A DNA stretch of 64,000 nt from Oculina patagonica (taxonomy: Eukaryota): contig NC_135770.1 of NCBI RefSeq assembly GCF_052425735.1, forward strand, positions 18,352,001 through 18,416,000. The letters run 5' to 3'. Both the position numbers and the translations under genes were made by a program. The notes under the pieces are model-generated. The model did not search any database, was not told the origin of the DNA, and worked only from the letters and a program-made list of their open reading frames with translations. Positions 1-12,500 of the stretch are shown here, piece after piece; positions within the stretch are counted from its first letter, which is position 1; every line of letters begins with the position of its first letter.

Positions 1-347
1 GTTGCTACAAGTAGTAAAAGGTCTGCGTCGAGCCAATTGGCTGATATCGCAGGACCTTATCCCTGTTTCTGTTTCTGATTTAAGAGACTTGGAGTATTTC
101 CTCCCCCCCCCCCCCCCAAAAAAAAAAAATAAATAAACAAACAAACAAACAAAATAAAGCGAAAAAAAAGACAAAGAAAAGACTTCTACAACAACTCAAA
201 AGTACAATCAGTACTAAAGGTAAAAATATACATAGCATGCCGTGTTACTCTTTATGCCCTGCGCCTTGTTCGCTTTAATGCGTACTGTGAGAGCGAGAAA
301 TAAACACAACAAGTTCCAATCTGAAGAAGCATCTACAATGTACTTAC

Positions 348-551
348 ATTGGGTTCAGTTATACTTGCTGAGCCGGTAGGAGGACGGCCTCCAACGTAAT
401 CCCCCTTCACTACTTTGTACTGGCATGAACTAAAGTCTCCAGCTCCCTTGGGACCTGGGGGACCGATGGCTCCCCTGGCCCCAGCAGGTCCTTGACTTCC
501 ATTGAAACCCCGAGGTCCAATAGGACCCGTCATCTTGCTGACGTTGTTGAT
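348..551 (-). CDS. Collagen exon (68 aa: INNVSKMT-GPIGPRGFNGSQGPAGARGAIGPPGPKGAG-DFSSCQYK...)
   Basis: tccacag| acceptor, |gtaagt donor, 204 nt, phase 0-0, uninterrupted Gly-X-Y. Confidence 0.9.
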
Positions 552-3500
552 CTGTGGATTAAACAAATAACTTTTAATTACCCTGATAAGATTGCCACGC
601 CATTAAATTTCGTTTCCAAGATGGCGCAGAGAGCACCTGTGTCGTAGGCGAAGTTTCTAGTATCAATTTGCGGGAGCTGAGGGTTTTTAGCACGCCATTT
701 CGCTACGTTGATATAATTTAATTCACTCGAATGGCCGACTGTTCGAAAGGAAAAAGAAAAATTGCTACGAGAAAAAATATTTGCAAAGCAGATAAGTTCC
801 AAAGACATTTCTTATTCGCGCATGCACGAAAAATCAGTTGAGGCGTACTGCTAATCAGTCAGATCAGTATCGAATATCTATCTTATTACTTTGTCAAAAA
901 AAAGCTTTTACTATTAGAGAGATAACGGTCAAAAAATTAGGATTTATTGCTTCTTTTCAAGAATCCTTTGGTTGCTAGTATTTCAACTGGTCTTAAGGTC
1001 GCGCAGGACCCTTGCAATCATTAATGTGTATTTATTTAAAGAGTATGCACGAACTGCCGGACGACTGAGGTCGACATCAAACGAAATATTCATGAGAATA
1101 TTTGTTTTTAAACTCTTTTGTACAAGTAATTACTAGTAATTGTTCTCAGCTTTTTGCACGTGCGCTGGAACATAGGGAATTATCATAATTAGACTCACAG
1201 CTTTGAATATGTCACACGTTGTTGTAAACATTAACTCGGAAGGTCTTCGGAAGCCTCAAAACCTGCAATTTTGTGTCCAAATTTTCTCCGCCGATATAGA
1301 ATTTCAAGAGTTGATTCGCGAGGAACATAAACTTGGTGTACAGTATGTTGCCCTATTACCGGACACTTTTTCCTTACGTAATATCTACAAAACCCTTGTT
1401 TTTTTGGTATAAAAATGTACTCTATTGTGCTATGACTAGAGCGAATTTTTAAATTTTAAATTTCCTTCTCAAAATGAAGATAGCACGTTTCAAAGTTTAG
1501 ATTTCACATCTTTGCTCTCTTAGAAGCCATTAACTTGTAGCGGTTTTTGTGATCGAAAATTTTGTTCTAGCCATAGCACAAAAGAGGTTATGATTTATCA
1601 CTAAGCTATATAATCATTTAATTTGGTGCGCTGTTCTAGCTGAAAACTTGGACACAAAATCGCATTATCTGCAGTTAAACATTTTAAGGCTTGTAACATC
1701 ACAGACAACGGTCATCTCTCAGTAAAAGGACAATCATGATGTAATTCCATCATCCCCAAATGTCCTTGTTAAGTTTTAGAGGAATCGATGTTCAAAATGT
1801 GGTGAATTAAAGCTTTACAAGATAGCACTCCGTCAAGAAATTTGGCTAATAAATTTATTAATGAGCAAGGGTCCCGCGCGAACTTAATTGCTTTGGGCGG
1901 GGATTCTATTCTTCTTTCCTTTTTTTTTATCTCACCTTTTTTGTGATACTTGTATTAATATTGATAAGTGAAGCAAACAAGGAGGCGTCAGAAGATTGAA
2001 GGAGCACTTGCGTTTGGTTCAGCTGCAAAAATTACACAATAAAACTAAGTTAGTGTTGCCCATTGTGTAACGTAATTTAAGGACCATTTCGTTGCTGTGT
2101 TCTTCTATGCCGTTTAAATGTGTGATTCTCTCATGTCATTTAATAGCCAAAGACTTTTGTTAATGTAAATTTTTTTGTTTATTGGGTGAATTTTGTATTA
2201 CAGAAATGTAACACGGCCGGTAAATAACGGATTTTTTTTTTTTATTTGTTATTCGTAATCCCAATCAAATTATTTAATCCGGGATGCAATTTATTTTACA
2301 GATATGTTCGCTTAACTGCGAGGACTAAAAATCTGAAAACTTAATAATATATAATGTACATTCATTGTTAGGTTTACTTTAAATCTCCAGTGCATATTGT
2401 GCCGACATATCTACATTTACCTGTTCGGTTAAGTTGTCTGTTACTTTCTTAATCTGCCCAAGAAGACCAGTTTTCGTTGAGTTAATCACAGCCCATATTC
2501 CCTGTAATTCTCTCCTCGTGAAATTTCCTGCTAACGACAGCGCCGTTAAATGTTCTCGAGACATTTCCTTTATATCTTGACGAGTGGAGTTTAACAAGTT
2601 CTGAAGGCTCTGAATTTTCTTGAAGTGCAGCTCCTTTGATAAAAATGTGAGATAATGGTCAGTTGTGAACAGATAATTAATGTACTCTTGCATTTATGTA
2701 AAGGCTCGGCACTAAATGTACAAGTGTTTTGGCAAACTAATCGCCATTTTAAGATACAAAACTAATAACATTTTCAATTTTGTCAATTCGATCAATCGTA
2801 TTATTTATAACACTGATGACTTACAGTTATTTGTCTTGTGCTGTTTGATTTCTGTTCCTGGATTTCGATTTTTGCCTCGAACCCTTGTGAGCGTTTTTCC
2901 ACCTGGAATTAATGGAAAAACTCCTTATTATAAGAAAGTCACTAATCCTTATTAGTCGTAAGCTCTCCGAACAAAAGCAATAGCAGTAGCAAAGGAAATA
3001 TTTGTGACTGACTCGACTGACAGTAAAATATGCGTTGATATTGTCAATTTTTTCGCCTGCAGGGCGAGTGCAATTTGTAGACTTTGAAAAATTTACTCGT
3101 GCTTATTTATCCCAAAATCCACGAGAAAAATCATGTGAATACTTATTAATAATATTCATGAAAAAATTGCGAGAAAATAAGATGCGCAAATCTCGTACAA
3201 AAACAATTTATTCAAACTCGGCAAATATCATCACGCATTCATTCAAAACAAGATCAAACCCCGAACAACGTTTAGGTTCCTCGATGTTTTAAAAGTTTTT
3301 AGTCGAAAAATCTGGCTAAACAGTCAAATGAATTCTCTGAAAAAAGATTTTGGGTTTAACCTTTTCCAGATCGATATTTTCTTCTTCTTTTTCTACTTGT
3401 CGAGCTTTGCTTGAGCGCTTTCAACTCGACGGCCAGCCAAATGAAGCTGTTTCGCTTTTTATTTCAACACTTCCTTGGACGAAACATTCCTCTGTCTTGT

Positions 3501-6500
3501 ACAATAGAAAACCTATAAGTTCTGTTCTCTAAGTACAGTGTCTTTCAAGCGATGTTAGCATAACTTTGAGGCTATCTGGTCCATAATCTTCGAAAATGTG
3601 TTTGTTGTTTTGGAATTCGGCGAATTCGGTGTAAATAAATTTGCTCAAGCAAAGCGTGAAGCTTAGTCGGCTTGTAGTTTTGATTCCGTCGGCAATTTCC
3701 TTGTTAGGAAACCAGTTATTCCAAAACGAGAATGAAAAACCAGTGCTTTTCAGTGCTATGGTATTTACAGCTGTCTTCTGGTCCTCTACTGTGATCAAAA
3801 CGCCAGCCATTTTTTTCATTTGCATCCCGAAGCAGATCCAAACTTCGCGCCATTCGAATCGCGTTTAAGCGTTTGGTTGGCCCCCTGTGGCTGCCTTTGT
3901 TTATTCACCAATCAGAATGCCGCGTTTGTTTCTCTTTATTGCACTGAATTTCGTCATTTCTGCACTGAATTTCGTCATTTCTGCAGCGAATTTCCTAAAA
4001 ACTGCATTTCTCTAAGCCAATCAGATTCGAGAAATTTTTTGATGTATATTATTACGATAGAAATAGAAATACAAACAGAATTACGATAGAAATAGTTTAA
4101 TAGTTTAATAGCCACATTGAAATAGTTTAAAGCAAAGATAAAATTGAACCGCCGGTGATGACTTACATTTTCCCTGAATGAGTCAAAAGAAGATGTCAAA
4201 TTGGTGCAACATTTCCTCGTTTTATTTAAATTAAACCAAACAGTTTCCATTTTGTTGTCCACCTGTTAAAAGAAAGGATACAAAGTGAGTTTTCATAGTA
4301 AATGTTTGAAACCCCGAGGTCCAATAGGAACCGTCATCTTGCTGACGTTTTTGATCTGTGGATTAAACAAATAACTTTTAAATACCCTGATAAGATTACC
4401 ACGCCATTTCTCTTCCAAGATGGCGCAAAGAGTACATATACCGTAGGCGAGGTTTCTAGCACGCCATTTAGTAACCCTGAGTGATTGATATAAGTACGTT
4501 AATTCCGTCAAATGGTCGACTGCTACGAGAAAATTTTTTTTTGCAAAGGAGACAAGTTCCGATGTAATTTCTTTTTCGCGCATGCACGAGAAATCGGTTG
4601 ACGGGTTCTGCTAATCAGTCAGATCATTATGTAATATCTATTCTTTATACTTTGACAAAGAATAGCTTTTTTTTTTTTTTTATTTGCAAGTACTTACAAC
4701 ATTAAACATACAACATTACGATGATTACAGAATATAGATAACTAACTTTACAAAAAGGAGCTACTTTACAGTACAGCTAAGACAGTGTGAGAAAAAAATA
4801 GTTACAAAATTTACTCTACTTTATGAAGTCAATACTATTAACATTACAACACTAAGGCTAACAATGCAAAACGAAATAACAAATAACATTGCCTATAATT
4901 GTTACCAGAAAAAAAAGAACAATGTAGCGAGAAACAAAAAACAAAAGGAAACTAAATGTTTTGTAAAAAATTCCATTTCTTGCTATAGTTATCGTATTTA
5001 CCGGATTTGATAGCAATATGTTTTTCTAACGATAGTTTGTCGCGAACGAGGGATATGTACTCGTTAAACTGAACTTTATTTTTTTGGCTGGTGTTAACCC
5101 TATCCAGACCGGGGGGGGGGGGGGGAAAGTGCCCGCGCCGACTTTGAACGCTTATAACTTTTTTAATATTCAACCAAACGCTGCCAAACTTTGCGACTTT
5201 ATCTAAAATTTATCTGGGAATAATTTGGTAGGGTAGCTTGTTGTGTCAGGAACTTGACGTCACCATGGCAACGGCATTTTGACAGGCATGTTTTCCCAAA
5301 TTTGTAATTTTCGTGTTTCTATTAATGAAAAATAACTTTAAAGCAATTATTTTTACCTGTTTACGGGTTTTAAGCACATTTTTATTGGTTTTGAGTATTT
5401 TCCTGTAAATTTTGGGCGGTTTTCTGACGTTTTGAAAAAATTTCGAAATCCAAGATGGCGGCTGTTTTGACATTATGATGTAATTGTCACGTGATGTGAC
5501 GTCATCATTCCACGTGACATATACCAAAAGATGGATTTTGGGACATACTATATATCCTGTAAGTTTCATTGTGATTGCTTAAATATTCTGGAAGTTACGG
5601 AGGGGGGGCGGAATCCCCCGCCCCCCCCCCCCCCGGTCTGAAAAGACCAAAAATAGGGTTAAGGTATAAAAGTATTTTCCTAATATAATAAGATGGTTTA
5701 GGGCTAAACAACCACGAGGAGAGTCCAAAATACCATATAAGACATCTAAGTTCGAAAGATGGACACTTTTTCTACTATGAATATTGTACCAATCTTGAAA
5801 ATCTACCTAGAACGTTTTTGTTTGAGTGCATTCTATAAAAAGGTGCCAGATGGTATGGAGCTCGGTAGGGCAAAAAGGACAAGTTGGGGAGTCAACTTTC
5901 TTCATCTTATGTAATAAGCTATTCGTAGGTAGGATGCGATGGATGATCTTGTACTGGAACATCTTCATTTTGGTTTCTTTTGTAACGTTAAAAGGTAAAA
6001 GATAAACCTTACACAGATTGTTTTTTTCTACCCCATATTCAATAAGTTTCCTTTCTGCTGTGGGGGGGAGATAACTTTTCCAGGGATAACAGTTTTTCAT
6101 AGAGAGTTTTACAACTCAACGAATCGCTTATTGAATCAAGGGGTTTAATGGGTAGTTGGTTGTTAGAGTTTAAAAGCTTTTTCCACGAGCGAGGGAAAGC
6201 AGAAATGATGCTGTAATACTGTAGAAAATTAAACTTAGTCTTGAATTTTTCGCAAAGAGAATTAAAAGATAGAAAGCGATTTTTTTTCTGTGTTAACTAA
6301 GTCAAAGAATAGCTTTTACTATGAGAGAGATATCAGCGAAAAACTCAGCCATTTTTTTTTTAATTAGAAAATTAGGATATATTGCTTCTTTTCAAAAATC
6401 CTTTGGTCACTAGTTGGTCTTAATTGCTTTGGGCGGGGATTCCATTATCTCACCTTTTCTGTGATACTTGTTTTAATATTGATAAGTGAAGCAAACAAGG

Positions 6501-9500
6501 AGTCTTCAGAAGATTGAAGGAGCACTTGCGTTTGGTTCAGCTGCAAAAATTACAAAGTAAAACTAAGTTAGTGTTGTCAACTGTATAGCGAACGTAATTT
6601 AAGGACCATTTCGTTGCTGTGTTCTTCTATGCCGTTTAAATGTGTGATTTTCCCATGCCATTTAATTAATAGCCAACGACTTTTGTTAATGTGATTTTTT
6701 TGTTTATTGGGTGAATTTCGTATAACAGAAATAACGGAAAAAATAACGGTAAATAACGGAAAAAATATTTGTTATCGATGAGGAAGAAGTCAATTATTCG
6801 TAATCCTAATCAAATTATTTAGTCTGGGGTGCAATATATTTTGCAGATATGTTCGCTAAACTGCGAGGAATAAAAATTTGAAAACTAAATAATATATAAT
6901 GTACATTCATTGTTAGGTTTGTTTTAAATCTCAAGTGCATATTGTGCCGGCATATTTACATTTACCTGCTCGGTTAAGTTGTCTGTTACTTTCTTAATCT
7001 GCCCGAGAAGACCAGTTTTCGTTGAGTTAACCACAGTCCATATTCCCTGTAATTCTCTCCTCGTAAAATTTCCTGCTAACGACAGCGCCGTTAAATGTTC
7101 TCGAGACGTTTCCTTTATATCTTGACGAGTGGAGTTTAACAAGTTCTGAAGGCTCTGAATTTTCTTGAAGTGCAGCTCCTTTGATAAAAATATTAGATAA
7201 TGGTCAGTTTTGAACAGACACTTAATGTACTTTTGCATCTATGTAAGGGCTCGACACTAAATGTACAACTGTTTCGGCAAACGAATTCCCATGCAAAACT
7301 AATAACATTTTCAATTTTGTCAATTCGATCAATCACATTATTTCTAACACTGATGACTTACAGTTATTTGTCTTGTGCTGTTTGATTTCTGTTCCTCGAT
7401 TTCAATTCTTGCCTCGAGCCCTTGTGAGCGATTTGCCACCTGGAATAAATCGGAAAACCCCTATTATAATAAATTTGCAAGAACAAATTAACTTATCTTC
7501 CTTTTCCCTTCCTATTTCAATGCGAGTAATCATGTCAGAGTCGGTAAAAAATAAAACTCCTTAGTCGTAAGCACTCCGTGCAAACGCAAAAGCAAAGGAA
7601 AGATTTGTGACGGACAGTATGTAAAATTCAATATTTAACGTAATGAAAAGGAATGAACTCTAGGTTTTCAACCAGCAGAAGTGATTTAAAGCTAACCGCT
7701 TTTAAGATTTTGATAGAAGTAGTTTAAAGCAAAGACAAGAGCTCTTAGAGCTTACAACTGCGCTGGTCTCGTGATACAATTTCGTGTTTCTAAAACGACG
7801 AAGGCCCTTATCCCCTTTACCTGCGTCGAACAATGTCGCGACTGACAAACAAGATGGTAAGAAAACAACTTGCGTGGCATTTCATGGTTGACTAGTTCCA
7901 TCCGAAATTAAACATTTTTCTTGTATGCTAATGGTGGCCAAATTCCCACGACCCTAATCCGTGAAGCCAGACGATCTATTAAATCGGTATCCAGTGTTGT
8001 ATCGAATTAATGCTTAAGAGGAAATCCGCGAGGACTTCGAGTAGTTATTGGAAACAATTATGTACCAAAACTATTTACACCTGATTGCAAGCTTTTGTGT
8101 TACTGCTTCAAATATCTTATCGAAAGAAGTCTTTTCTAACAACACCAAACATCGAAAACAAATTTCGAAGTTCCACTGAAATCCCATGAATCGCTTAAAA
8201 GATGTGAGCTTTTGCCCATAGCTTGTGAACTTTGAATATCATTTTCTCAGACTCTGATAAGAAATTGTTGTACCAGAATTATTTCCACCTTATTGCAAAC
8301 TTTTTTGTTACTGCTTCAAATATCTTATCAAAAGAAATCTTTTCTAACAACACCAAACATCGAAAACAAATTTCGAAGTTCCGCTGAATTCTACTGAATC
8401 GCTTAAGACGAATTTACAAAATGGCTACACGTGAGATTTTGCCTATACCTTGTGAACTTTGAAATTCATTTTCTTAGACTCTGATAACAAATTGTTGTTG
8501 GTGTTATCACAGATAATTACTTACATCTTTAACTTTTATTAAGGGTAGGAAATAACGCAATAGGATTTAAATCATTCTGGTACTTGATTTTTGTCCAACA
8601 TTAGTAAATATTACTCGACTTCCTAGTGGATTCCGTCTTAAACACTAAACAATCATTTCTTGAATGGAATATTGAAGCAAAGATTTAAATCAAATTTGAG
8701 AAGAACACTTGAGCTGTTTTTAACAGAGTGAAAAAAGAAAAATACATTTCGCTTAAAAATAGAATATTTCACACTAAACCTTCAAATGAAGACCAAAGGT
8801 TCTTAAATTTTTTCATAAGTAGCTGAATAACAACTTTAAAACATTGCGTGACTGGCCGATCACAATCAATGCCTTGCGAAAGTGAAAGTTGTCATGTCAG
8901 CACATTCTTTGACACGAACGTAAATGGTATTTACGCACAGTATCAAGTCCGCTAAAATATATTTTTCTTCAATAGCACGACAATTTAGTATTTTCTTTAA
9001 GTCAAAAACTTTAAAATCGAACATTTTACATTAATCATGCTAATAAAGGACTTGTTTTCGTAAAGTTTCCAAAGGTAACTGATTTATAGCTTCGAGACGT
9101 TGCGTGACTCGAGGTTTGGCCGAGCGGGGGCATCAGTCTACTCACCGACAAAAAAAAACCCCGTGCAGAGCAAGAACTGCGCAGCGCAGTTAATAAAATT
9201 GAACCGCCGGTGATGACTTACATTTTTCCTGAATGAGACAAAAGAAGATGTCAAATTGGTGCAACATTTCCTCGCTTTATTTACATTATACCAAACAGTT
9301 TCCATTTCGTTGTCCACCTGTTGAAAGAAATGATACACAGTGAGTTTTCATAGTAAATGTTAAGAAACCAGAGTGGGGTGGTTGATTATGTCCAAAATAT
9401 TTTTGGTAAATGACGTATAGGCAACCTAACCAGTAGTCTTTTGTGATTTATTTGCATGTAATATGTAGACACAAGTTTTGAATGCCCCGGAGAGAGCTCA

Positions 9501-12500
9501 GGAAATAAATTCTGATGTTCGAATGAAATAATAAAATGAACAAAAATCCCAAGTCACAAGCCCAGTGCTGAATTGAGTCCTGTTGTAAGCAAGTCAAGCC
9601 GAGATCTTTAACTCGGGCATCTAGATATCATACACCTTAACGCTGGACATTTTTTTCTTGCAAACTGTTGACGAAAATTATTTAACTCACGCATTTAAAT
9701 TCCTGGGCTACGTCAGCAAACATTCTTCTCAGCTACGTATTTTATAAAGCACGATCGAGTGCAGTCCGAGAAATCTCCCTTCCCCGCTTTATATATGGTT
9801 GAACCCAAGCGGGAGAAGAGAGAGCCCAGGATAACTTGCATGCGCATGCTAAATTCAAACTAGTCGAAAAATGACAGAGGAGTGTGACGTTACAAACTTG
9901 GAAAGCGCGCATTCCATGTCCAACGTTCGGGTTATCTTTCCAAGGTTACAGTCTATAATTATTAAAATTTAATAAAAGTCACTCAATCCTACCTTTGTTT
10001 GCAATTTTTTTAGCTGGGATGCCATGTTAGTTAACAGGCTTTCCTTTGACTCATTTACATCCCGCCGAATATTTCTTAATTTTATGTCAACCTAACATAA
10101 AGAAAACATAATAAAGTAATTTGATTATTTTCTGTCTTACGATATCCTAGTCCGCTTGAGCGCCTCTTAGAGGCCTGCCAGAAGAAAAAATCTTACAGAA
10201 ATGAATGTCCATATCGTTGGGATATAAAAGAATACCTTGTTTGTTAAGTTAGTTGTCTCCTCTATTGTGGCATTAACTGCTTTCCATATGTTTCTTAATT
10301 CGCTCAACTGACCGGCTGTGGAGTTAGTCGCGTTCCTTAACCCAGCGATCTGTCCAACAAGTGCAGCCTCAACTTTCTTTAGTTCACGTTCCGTGGATGT
10401 CAAGCGTTCTGTAAGATTTTCGATTTTCTCTTCCTAGATGCAAAAGGGTAAAATTAGGACAAGTATTCTTACACCATGTGGTAATTCCCGGGCCAACGCA
10501 CGTGTGATATTATTTTCAGTAACAGAAATGACAGTTGAACTTCAGATTCTAAATGGGAAATAGCATAGGCGTACGGGCGGGGGGGGGGGGGGGGGCCCCC
10601 CCCCAAATGGGCCCAGAGGGCAGCAAGAGAAATTTGGACAAAGCCCGTTTTAAAAGAAGTTTTTTCTTCGAAGAGATAGATATTTCCTATTTTAACCTGA
10701 AGTCAGCAAGTTAAAGCAGTTAAAGCAGTTAAATTCACATGAGGCAGTGATTTCTTAGCGCAGTGGTTTCTTAGGGGTCATGTGTTCATATCCATGCAGT
10801 GATACCTGCTACGTACATCATGTTCTGCAGAACGATCATTCAGTGCGTTGCACAGATTGAAAACTTACCTCCGCAGCACCTGACGGGGTGACAACGTGTA
10901 GGAAGGCCAATAAGGCCAAGTAAAATTACAAAACAAATGCTTCTCGTCCCCTCCCGCTTCATTTTTTTGGGGCCGCCTCTCTTTTGTTATTATTTGTTTT
11001 TGGAAAAGGTAGAACGATAAAAAACTTTCACTTTGTACGGAGTAAGATATGGCTTTTGTCTGCCTTTAAATACAAATTAAGGCCAAAACTTTAAATACTT
11101 GTTACGCTGGTCCGTACTGGATAGGTCAAATACCTTGCAGGATTTATTTTGGAAGTGCGCTTTTAGCCTGGAGAATTTGACGATGGAAGAAAAAAACATC
11201 GATTTTCGAACAACACAGGTATGGAATGCAACAAAACAATAAAAAATTAAAATATACCAAAAAATGAGCCCGCACGCTCTCTTTTTTAGGCGATGACGTC
11301 AGTCAAGCCTTATGCTAGAGGCAGTGGGCGGAATTTGTACCACTTTCTGTTTCGATTCTGTTGCGATCGACCGATCAATAGGACTCAATAGAACCGAATG
11401 AGTTAACAAGAAATCGCTGCAAAAAACACGAAGCAAAATACTCCTGGAATGTTAGAAAAGACTGATACAAAGTATAAACGAAAAAGACAAATTATGTATT
11501 TGCGTGTTTTATCAAATTTAGTGGACAGACATGATCACGTCTCTAAATTTACTAATACAATGGAAACGCTTGACCGTGCGTGTCGCTCGCGAGAAGTATT
11601 GAATATCGTATATCGAATGTCACACTACAAGATAACGCAACTTTTTAACCGGGCAGAGACTGGGCCGGGCCCGGTTCATAAATCGCCCGGAATTTTTTCG
11701 TCGTAGTAGTCTTGTCGGTAAATCGTTCCAGACCCGCTCGGCCGCTTCCTTGGCCAGGATTCAAAACACGCACTTTTGATATTTACTCGGCAGGAGCTAT
11801 TAAATCAATCTTCTATTTAAAATTTTATCTAAAACCCTGATTTCTGTTAAGCGTGAAATATATGTGTTAATGTTATTCAAGCGTTTGGCTCAAGAGAGTA
11901 CTGTCAGTACTGGGTTGCGAAACCGGTGATTGTTTTGACAGGTCCAAACCGCTATGTCAGTCACGCAATGTTTTTGAAGCAAGCTTTAAGCATATTAAAC
12001 TGCTTAAAAAAAGGCTGGTAGCTAGAGCATTTTTGAGCCAGAATAATTCTTTGAAGATACTTTCCGAATTAATCATGTCCATTTTCATCCGTGCACAGTT
12101 GAGCCGGCAAAGTCGCGTATCAGAGGCGATTGAATGTTTGCACAGCAAAATAATCTTTAATTCTATTTTGATTCTTGATGAAAAAGCTTTACTTCAGTGT
12201 TTACTTACACACTTCCCAAGACTTCAGAAAACAAAATGGTAATGTATAGTTTTTCTACGAAGTATGATGGAATTTTTGAAAGGATCCGTAAAGCCAGCAA
12301 GTAAAACAAATGGTCTACAAAATGAAATCTTGGTGCCACTGCGGGTAATTCCATTAATTGTAATTAAATTCTACCACGGCATGCAAAATTTCACGGTTTT
12401 GAAATTTTCTAAATCTTTAAGCCTTTCAAAATGTTTCTTGACCCCATCTTGAATAAAAATTCATTTGAAACTTTTTTTCATGTTTCTTTCATTTGTTCAA

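Larger units (their letters stand above)
502..9360. repeat. Intragenic tandem segmental duplication: copy B 502-4305, copy A 4306-9360
   Basis: Three exons plus flanking intron blocks align collinearly at ~95% in exons; junction at 4305/4306. Confidence 0.9.
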
